From Octopus vulgaris (taxonomy: Eukaryota), in contig OX597822.1 in NCBI GenBank assembly GCA_951406725.2, positions 89,156,001 to 89,220,000 of the forward strand: a stretch of 64,000 nucleotides of DNA, written 5' to 3'. Of this stretch, positions 54,846-64,000 are shown in pieces. Position 1 is the stretch's first letter, and each line of letters starts with the position of its first letter. The notes beneath the pieces are model-generated. The model had not been told where the DNA came from, did not search any database, and saw only the letters and a list, made by a program, of their open reading frames with translations. Made by a program: the position numbers and the translations under genes.

Positions 54846-56803
54846 TCATCAGCGACAGCACAGAGATAGTGAAGATGATGGAAACGATGAACCATTGCCC
54901 AGAAGCCTAAACAGTTAACGAAAATCCCTTGGTAATGTCATTTTATGCATTGACTTTTCGACAGAAACTAATATCCAGCGATTTTATCAACATAATTTGC
55001 CATAAGGGAACCATTATCTGGAAGCAGCATCAGTAAGGTAAACTTAACTAATTCTATAGCCAATTTGTTCCTATCTTGCTGATGTTGATGATTCCTACTT
55101 CCTTTCGTTGATTCTTTCAGTCCCTCTTCAGTCACCTCAGATGGCTATGAGTGGGAAGCAAAGACAAGAGGAGAATCAATAGTTCTACTGACTCATAATG
55201 ACACATTGTCACCACTACAACTATACCTACATCAACTACACTGACCACGTCTGTCATATATCTCAGATAAACGAAATTAGCAATAGAATTAACTTGTTAA
55301 ATTTTGCGTACTGTAATTTTGCATGCTATAATTTTAAATAACTTTTATAAAATATCTTTATATAATAATAGTCAATATAAATGCTGGTTGGTTGGTTGGT
55401 TGATTCTCCAGTCACGCTTGACATCGCGTAGAGAGAGAGAATAAAAGAAAGATACATAGAAATTTAGCGTAAGAGGTTAGACTTGGTGTCAGGTAATGAA
55501 TAAAGAAACGTTATATTCATACACAGTGAGAGAGAAAAAGATGAGAGGAGGAAATGATAGAGTAGTTGGCTGTAGCTGAAAAAGCTCGGCAATAGTTAAT
55601 ATTTCTTGTAATATAGAATTTCCTTAAATGCTTTCCAAATAAGTTTTTCGTTAGCAGAGTAATTTTTTGCATTTAATCACTAGCGCATTTCCCAAGGATT
55701 TGTAGTAAACTATTAACGAATAACTTTCTAGATCCTACGTAAGCCAGGATTCAAAATCGAATCTACATTTTTTACGAGTTCTCTTCCCATTGTTCTCGGT
55801 TTTCGCACTTAGAAATTTTTGAGAGTCAACTGTGACAATTAAGTTCTGTTGTTTAAGTCACCATTCTTGGGTTAAATATATCTTGAGAGAGATAAACCCA
55901 TTACTTTCCTTTGTTCTCTGACTTACATCCAGCTTTCCAACATATATAAATACAGTAACTAAATTCAGTTCTTCCTTCTTTCTTTCGGCACCGACGGAAA
56001 AATACCTTATGCGAAGTATTACACAGCCCTTACCCTCTCTACTTGTCTAGACTATCTTACTCTCTCTATCTCTCTCCTTTTTTCCACGTCTTCTAGCAGT
56101 CACCCAAAGATGACTTTTGCTGTCTACGGACTGGATAACAGAGCGGCAAAAAAAATCTGTGTACAACTACAATTATAAAATAATAAAGGGGTGCTGGAGA
56201 TCGCTTAGCCTTGCCTAAGATCCGAAACCGAATCCACACACTTGTTACTTGTCCGGTGAATGTCTGATTCCATTGTGTTTTATCTCCATGCTAGGAGATT
56301 AATGAGAAACACCCTACCTCCTAAGGACTTTTGCTGGTGAGTGAAGGTCAGTCCATTGTTTTAGGTTTGACCTATTTCCTGGCTATACCCTATATAACTG
56401 AGAGCATCTCTCTGTCTCTGTCTCTCTTCGGTTCGACCAGCTAATAGAGAGTACACATCTCTATTCGTGTCAGCCGTTAACCAGGAGCAATAGCATTGCC
56501 CAAATGGAAAGGGACAACGTAACCCTTACCCTTTCTTCCTCTCTGTCAGCAGACTACACAACTTACACACTACCATCTACCAGCGAGCCACCAACAATTC
56601 ATCACTATTGTCAGTTGCTACTATGTATATTTTACTAACCACTGCCGGCAAATAAATATATTATTCCTTTCCTCATCGATGTTATTATTACGCTGTTTCA
56701 TCCTGCCTTCAACTATCTACATGTGGTGACCCTTCGTATCTTACCACTACATTTAGTAACTTCGATGTACACTTACATCTGTCCGTTACAAGGCCATTTC
56801 ATA

Positions 56804-57161
56804 TCTCTCTATATATAAACGGCAAAATGTCTGTCTGTGTGTGTGTCCTTTATACAAATCCACAATTTTTCAGTTAGAGGGCTCGCACTTTCTATGGTCA
56901 TTCAAAACCGTCCAAGAGTGGTCGTGCACATCTTTACATTTCCCCAGTCACCCCGCAAAGCCATTAAAAATATCAATAGAAGTGAATTTTCTATCCAAAA
57001 CCCAATAAAAATGCCCGAAACTTGATACGTCAGTTGAATGCCAGCTAGCTGTATGTGATTGGTCGGAGATTTGGACAGTACTCGCGTGTATGTGCGCACG
57101 CACGCAACTGTATAGGCATGCACTAGCACTATGACCCGGCGTTGCTGGATCATAGTGCTAG
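56804..57161 (+). mobile_element. Non-autonomous Helitron
   Basis: First 20 nt identical to 25146 (TCTCTCTATATATAAACGGC); ends CTAG|T with hairpin. Confidence 0.75.
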
Positions 57162-58006
57162 TAATTATATATTCTTCTGTTATCTATTTGTCAAATGCAA
57201 TCGTTAAACTCTTCTACCTTGACTTTTATATCCTTATAACTTTGTTAATAATGTATATACTTTTCCAATGAAATTTTGCAGAATCTTTGAATGTATAAAT
57301 TACTATTATGTTAAGGAAAGCTTATATTTCTTTTTTTTTTTTATCAGAAAGTAAAAGCGCGAGGCCTATTTGTTTGGGTGTTGCACTAAAGACCGTGGTT
57401 TCGATTCCCACACTGAGCGGTGGGTTGTGTTTTTGAGCAAAATATTCAATTTCATGCTGCTCCAATCCACTAAGATGTAAACGAGTTCTAATAATAGCCG
57501 GAAAATTAACCCCACGACGGACTGGCGGCATCCTGTTCAGGGGTGGTGGTGTTGTAATCTCAGTCACTTATACCCCATAGAAACCGGGTTAAGCTCCAGC
57601 CTTATGAGTCCTAGGGCTTATGACAGATCTAAACCTAAGCTAAACAGAAAGAACTTTTTAAACCTTCCAGTAACTTCTGGCACAACGTAAAATAAATATA
57701 TTATCCCGATTGTTACTATTCATTATGAATATGAAAGTGGAAAGCATGTTTAAAACAAATTTCCGAATTTATGTTTAACCTACATTAACATCAATCGAAA
57801 GTATTCTAAACAATATCCTGTGATATCCTCTGTTTCTCTTACCTGACGTCATCATCTTGTGCATCGAACATGAACAAGTTATTGAACGGTTAAAAAGATA
57901 TAAATTTCTTTTGTATTCGAATAAAATATCAATAACTAAAAACAATAATTACGGAGATGCACTTGCATAGCGAGTGACTTGATCTGAGATCGTGTGCTGG
58001 AACGAA

Positions 58007-58298
58007 AACAATTGCAGCGTGGAAGGTGTTTGTAAGCCATTTAAGAAACACACAAAACCGTTAGATTCACTTCAACATTTAAATTTAATTTGTCAAAATA
58101 TTTTCGTCGCTTTGAGACTGCGACCTGTTCACTGACAAAATTCCGTGCTGCATCTCATCGGGAATTTTGTCAGTGAACAGGTCGCGGTCTCAAAGCGACG
58201 AAAATATTTTGACAAATTAAATTTAAATGTTGAAGTGAATCTAACGGTTTTGTGTGTTTCTTAAATGGCTTACAAACACCTTCCACGCTGCAATTGTT
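58007..58298. repeat. Near-perfect palindrome, 138-bp arms, 16-nt spacer
   Basis: 58007-58144 is the reverse complement of 58161-58298 with one mismatch seen. Confidence 0.95.
58167..58215 (+). ncRNA. Hammerhead ribozyme variant with G3:C8 core (mirror copy at 58090-58138, minus)
   Basis: TTGTCA-GTGAACA-g-GTCGC ggtctcaaa GCGAC-GAAA-ATAT-T-T-TGACAA. Confidence 0.65.
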
Positions 58299-58404
58299 AA
58301 AAACAATAATTTCATTCGCATAATCATAACTTATTTCTGCAAAATTCATATATAAGTGCACGCGCGCGTGCATATGTGTGTAACGTTTTAGTGTAACGGC
58401 AGTG

Positions 58405-59480
58405 TGTAAGATCCAATTTTAGTAGTTTATAAACATCGGAGGTCACAAATTATAATGATCATGTGTCGCGATGATTATTATAATTATTATGATGGCAGTT
58501 AGAATATATAAAATGACTTGTTTCGAGTTGTTTGTGTACACAGCTTGTTTGTTGTTGCAGTAAGCAAACTGTCTTTAGATCCATGGTCCATTGTGTACGG
58601 TAGTTAACTTCCTCTCTGAAGAAAGAGTAAGGATTGTGTTGTCGTGCAAGTCAAGCCATGCTTGAATTTGGCAAGAGAAATGCGTTCTTCAGGTAGGCGC
58701 CAAATAACCAATGAGGAAGAATTAACTTGATGTTGCTTATTTATATGGTTTCAAACCAAACTAGGTCAAGATAAACGAAGGATTTTTCCTCTGCATCAGT
58801 TCTGACGCTTGAATGACTTGAAAAGGTCTAAGAAGTCAGCTTATTCTCATAGACTTCCTAGCGTATCAGGCAAGAACAATAGACCGAGGACTTGTAGGAA
58901 AATTTGGATTCGGTTTCGAATCCTTGCTTAGAATGTTGGTAACTATCCACTACATCACACTCCTCCTAGAGAATTTGCCGAAGGCAAAAGATCAATAATA
59001 GAACTTGCAGGAATGTGCAGTGTGCGAAAACAGAAGAACGTTAAAAATTGTGATTTCGAAGTGTGAAGTTGCAGGTAGATGTGATGCCAAGGACCTTCAG
59101 CTGAGGACTTTCAGCGAAAGGAGCTGAGACAAAGGAGTGCATTTTCAATCTATGATATAACTGGAAGATTTCTGGCAGAAATGTACATGCTGTAGTAAGT
59201 GCCATAAAAGAAGTTCAGAGGCTAAGTGTGTCTGGCGTTGTGGTCGCGTACATTTGTTGTGAGTAAACAAGACGACAAAGTATGACATGCTGATGCGTTA
59301 AGACTGGCAAACTTTCTCTAGAGACGCCGGGATCGACCTGGGGTCGTATGGAGGTAAGGTGCGTCTGGAAGTAAGAGCACAGGGAACGTAGTCAGACATC
59401 CGACAAGCGCTGAGTCGGGACAGAGCTGAGTAGGCACAGACATTGAAAATAAGTCAATAAAGGTACAGTATTGGGTCACA
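58405..59480 (+). mobile_element. Candidate solo LTR
   Basis: TGTAAGATCCAAT...ATTGGGTCACA imperfect inverted termini; AATAAA ~20 nt before the end; flanks AGTG/TGTG are only an imperfect TSD. Confidence 0.35.
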
Positions 59481-59554
59481 TGTGTGTAGCTGGATGTAGA
59501 CGTGCATGCATGTGTGAACGTTATTTTTCTAAAAAAACAAACAAACCCAAAACC

Positions 59555-59962
59555 GGAGTGGCTGTGTGGTAAGTAGCTTGCTAACCAACCACATGGTTCC
59601 GGGTTCAGTCCCACTGCGTGGCACCTTGGGCAAGTGTCTTCTACTATAGCCTCGGGCCGACCGATGCCTTGTGAGTGGATTTGGTAGACGGAAACTGAAA
59701 GAAGCCTGTCGTATATATGTATATATATATATGTATGTATGTGTGTGTGTGTTTGTGTGTCTGTGTTTGTCTCCCTAGCATTGCTTGACAACCGATGCTG
59801 GTGTGTTTACGTCCCCGTCACTTAGCGGTTCGGCAAAAGAGACCGATAGAATAAGTACTAGGCTTACAAAGAATAAGTTCCGGGGTCGATTTGCTCGACT
59901 AAAGGCGGTGCTCCAGCATGGCCGCAGTCAAATGACTGAAACAAGTAAAAGAGTAAAGAGAG
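59555..59962 (+). mobile_element. SINE family A
   Basis: High identity to 41068-41520. Confidence 0.85.
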
Positions 59963-60807
59963 ATACAATAGTGCAAAGATTAATCAACCGGTGAAAAACT
60001 AAGCATCCAACAGAAAATAAGGACAGCGAACGATACGAGTGCATGAAATGATATGCAATGCAAGCGGCCTGTGACGAAGGAACATTATAAAAACATAGGC
60101 ACGTGAATTAATCGCCTTCGTGGAATAAATTATTCGTTTTCGCGGCATTAATTTTGACAAAATCGAGTTGCTAGTTTATGAACGTGCTAACATTTAAAGA
60201 ATGAAAAGTTTGCAGGACAGGAAACATAAGAGTACAAAATAGTGTAAACAAAAGAAGGTACTGTTGAATGGCAAACTTGAATATAAGGAGTGTTGCAAGA
60301 AAGAACAGGTGCATGCTAAGAAAAAGTTCACGGGAGTCTGTATGCACAAGAGTCCGTGTAAGATTGGGTGAATGCAGGATCTTAATTTCTGGATGTCGAA
60401 AATGTTGCGCTTGCAGGCTTCCATAGATTCATTCCGGTAATATGTAGATGTATATGTGTGTATCTGTGTCTGTGTGTGCGTGTGTCTGTGTGTATGTGTG
60501 TGCGTGCGTGTATGTGCGCGCGTGTATGTGGTTCAAATGTACAAAAAAAACAAAAAAGACAGAGACGGGTGAAGGATCGACAAGCAAGGTGTATTAGTTT
60601 GACGCTCGGGAAAAATAAGAAAGTCTTTGACGTTTCGAGCCTACGCTCTTCGAAAGAAAGAGATGAGGGGGGAAATGGTAAGAGAGAAAAAAATTATTAA
60701 TCCCTACTATTGCTCTTAACTCGGACTATCAATTAAAACGAATGACCTTCCCGTTATTAGTACAGTTTAACGAGGGTTCACAGTGTGTATGTATGCACGC
60801 ACGCACG

Positions 60808-60843
<36 letters not shown>

Positions 60844-61087
60844 ATCACACACACGTGAGTACATAGGTGCAAATCGGGGTTGAGAAAACAACATTCATAT
60901 AGAGTATAGTGTTCTGTTGAAATTCAAAAACTTCACCAACTGTTACTCAAAGTTTCGCGTAACCAATCATCTGCCAGAATACTGACAGATGATTGAAGAA
61001 TATGTGAAGCTTCAGTTTCAATAAAACTATGTATGTATGTATGTATGTATGTATGTATGTATGTATGTATGTATGTATGTATGTATA

Positions 61088-61966
61088 TATGAAGCAAAGG
61101 TACGTGAAGCCCAGTTACAACTGCAACTGGCTATTACCGGTAAAGGTATTAGTTGCCAATTCTGTACAAGACATTGTAGATCTTTAGCTGGGCTAAAAAG
61201 TCACATTCGATCACAGCACCAGTAACAGTTAAACTTCGTGCAATGGCCATACTCGATAACGAGGGGGCAGCCATACTAATGTATGTATGTATGTATGTAT
61301 GTATGTATGTATGTATGTATGTATGTATGTATGTATGTATGTATGGAGAGTTAGCTAAAGGAGAACGACCTCCACATAAACCAAAAAAGAGGTATAAGGA
61401 CTTGCTGGAGGCTTCCTTAAGAGATGCTTGCATCTCTCCTGACACACGGTAAGGCATAGCTATTGATCGTGGCAGGTGGAGAAGGATTGTGCACGAGGGG
61501 ACAGCCACTTTTACGAAATCTCAAGTTGCTCATGAGAAAGTAAGGTGGGACGTCTGGAAGGGCATCGCTGTTACACTTCCAGAAGGGAAGGGTCTTCCTT
61601 TGATTCTGACATGCAATGTCTGTGCAAGACCCTGCCTCAGTAAAGCTGGACTCATGAGTCATCTTCGTAGTCATAAAACGAGACAGATGAGTGACAACCT
61701 GGCCACTGGTGGTGGCGTAACACACCATACTAATCATATCTGTCGGGCATGTGGAAGAGAGTGTAATTCGGCAGGAGGACTTAAACGACATGCAAAGGTA
61801 CATGAAGCCCAGTTACAACTACAGCCGGCTATTACCAGTAAAGGTTTTAGTTGCCAATTCTGTAGATCTTTAGCTGGGCTAAAAAGTCACATTCGATCAC
61901 AGCACCAGTAACAGTTAAGCTTCGTGCAATAACGAGGGGGCAGCCATACTAATGTATGTATGTATG

Positions 61967-62000
<34 letters not shown>

Positions 62001-62002
62001 TG

Positions 62003-62031
<29 letters not shown>
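61088..62031 (+). mobile_element. Two tandem 5'-truncated RTE copies separated and flanked by (TATG)n
   Basis: YGELAKGERPPHKPKKRYKDLL...DRGRWRRIVHEG (RTE C-terminal signature) plus three C2H2-like fingers; short copy 61088-61280, long copy 61343-61952. Confidence 0.8.
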
Positions 62032-62035
<4 letters not shown>

Positions 62036-62325
62036 GACTGTGTGTGCGCGCGCGCGTGGAAAGAAAATGAACTAATCCTTCAAATACCTTACTAGATGAA
62101 TTTATGATTTATTGAAATTAACTTCCCTCCGAGAGAAGAGTTGAAAAATGCCTTCTGGCAATTGCGACCAACTCTAAATGAGAAGAGGAGATAATATCAC
62201 GAATCCAAAAATTTCCCCAAATTGACATGCCATTTTAGAAAAGATAGTTTGACTGTCTGGAGATAAAAGACAAATGTAGCCACGAACTGTAACCACGTGG
62301 CCAAATAAGCGTCATCAGTATATAT

Positions 62326-62550
62326 TTCTTTATTACCCACAAGGGGCTAAACACAGAGGGGACAAACAAGGACAGACAAAGGGATTAAGTCGATTACATC
62401 GACCTCAGTGCGTAACTGGTACTTAATTCATCGACCCCGAAAGGATGAAAGGCAAAGTCGACCTCGGCGGAATTTGAACTCAGAACGTAAAGGCAGACGA
62501 AATACGGCAACGCATTTCGCCCGGCGTGCTAACGGTTCTGCCAGCTCGCC
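62326..62550 (-). mobile_element. SINE family D
   Basis: Reverse complement of 62612-62839. Confidence 0.85.
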
Positions 62551-62610
62551 TAGCTGTTGTCTTACCATGACTCCAGTAGACGAGTTAGTTAAACATATAC
62601 AAAAAGAGTA

Positions 62611-62839
62611 GGGCGGCGAGCTGGCAGAAACGTTAGCACGCCGGGCGAAATGCGTAGCCGTATTTCGTCTGCCGTTACGTTCTGAGTTCAAATTCCGCCG
62701 AGGTCGACTTTGCCTTTCATCCTTTCGGGTCGATAAATTAAGTACTAGTTACGCACTGAGGTCGATGTAATCGACTTAATCCGTTTGTCTGTCCTTGTTT
62801 GTCCCCTCTATGTTTAGCCCCTTGTGGGTAATAAAGAAA
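62611..62839 (+). mobile_element. SINE family D, full length with 17-bp TSD
   Basis: CATATACAAAAAGAGTA at 62594-62610 and 62840-62856; B box GAGTTCAAATTCC. Confidence 0.9.
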
Positions 62840-63224
62840 CATATACAAAAAGAGTATCTTCTCTTCAAGAGAAAATTCATTTGGATAATTTTAAATTCTT
62901 GAGATTATCCCCACTTCTCATTTGACGTTGTTCCTAATTGTCACAAAGCATTCCGTTTTTTTAGCAATTGTCTATGATTGGCATAACTGTAATATTCCTG
63001 ATGATTTGGGATAAACATTGCTTTAAATGAATTCAATTTAAATTAACTTACGTTAATTAATCATACATCTTAACTACTTGATTATGAAGTAAAGATGTTT
63101 ACTCCTAACGAGACAGGTGTTAAAAATAATTAACTAATAAGCTATCTGTGAAATTTATGCTTTTCTGCACACACACACATACACTCACGCATGTATGCAC
63201 ACATGTGTATATGTTATCCATATA

Positions 63225-63264
<40 letters not shown>

Positions 63265-63276
63265 TATATATATATT

Positions 63277-63324
<48 letters not shown>

Positions 63325-64000
63325 TGTATGTATGTATGTATGTATATATATGTATATATATGTGTGTGCGTATGTGCATGTGTGTGTATACATTAATCAA
63401 TCATAGTCTTGCCAACTGAAGTGAATATGCTTCGCTGAAGAGGTCAAATAAGCTCGAAACCTGTCCATCGCTTTCACTTGTTAACATAAAAGACCAGATT
63501 CACATCAAGTTTTAGTGTTTATATTGTCCCCAAATTTCGGTCAGTTAACCTTACTTGTTTTATTTCTTTTGTTTTTGGTGTTTAAACACCGCATAGAGAG
63601 AGTATTTATCTACTAATAGCCTGAATAATGTCAGTTAATCTAAGTTTTTCACCTCACTATATTACATATGTTAGAATCTACATTAGTGCAGCAGAGAAAA
63701 CAGGAAGTATCTCAAATAAATCTAATTTTTAGATATGGATCGGTGCATCCGACAAAGATCCTTTGGACATTTGAAACAACACTATCAACACTCATTCATG
63801 AAAGTGAGGCTATTGGACTTGCAACAAAAAGCATCTAAATCTCCCTTAAATCACACGCCGCCGCCTTTGAAAAGGAAGAGGCATATTGAATAATGTAACG
63901 CCAGGTACACTATTTCTAAAATCAAACTGGATGGTTATGGGTGGAAAGCCTTTGGAACGCACTGCTCAATGAGGGCTGAGCTAAAAATAAACAACAAAAT

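Noticed and set aside
55400-56600. Possible LTR element with TGGTGTCAG primer-binding site
   Set aside because: No paired LTR, adjacent CA terminus or recognisable ORF found.
60625-60660. Minimal HHR-like motif on minus strand
   Set aside because: Stems and GAAACGTC fit but the core reads CTTTCGA (G5 and A6 lost); counted only as a remnant, like 18717, 26479 and 63435.

Overview
AT-rich, microsatellite-dense eukaryotic DNA made almost entirely of transposable-element debris. The SINE families and (AT)n/(GT)n/(TATG)n load look cephalopod (Octopus-like); this is inferred, not proven. No intact host gene is evident and most listed ORFs are microsatellite artefacts. Recognisable content: three decayed Ty3/Gypsy bodies plus an integrase fragment, a long decayed Penelope-like element (PLE) and a second PLE RT fragment, RTE-clade LINE pieces with a triple C2H2 C-terminus and (TATG)n tails, R4-like and CRE-like fragments, Tc1/mariner pieces, three non-autonomous Helitrons, MITE-like foldbacks and several tRNA-derived SINE families. 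Most notable: (1) about a dozen type-I hammerhead ribozyme (HHR) motifs in unrelated repeats, often in palindromes, including a G3:C8 covariant core in a near-perfect 292-bp palindrome and a tRNA-headed, HHR-tailed SINE-like element; (2) a 1.75-kb retroposon with a 13-bp TSD that encodes only an ORF1/Gag-like zinc-knuckle protein, has a tRNA-like 5' segment and sits next to an HHR. All folds and alignments were done by eye.
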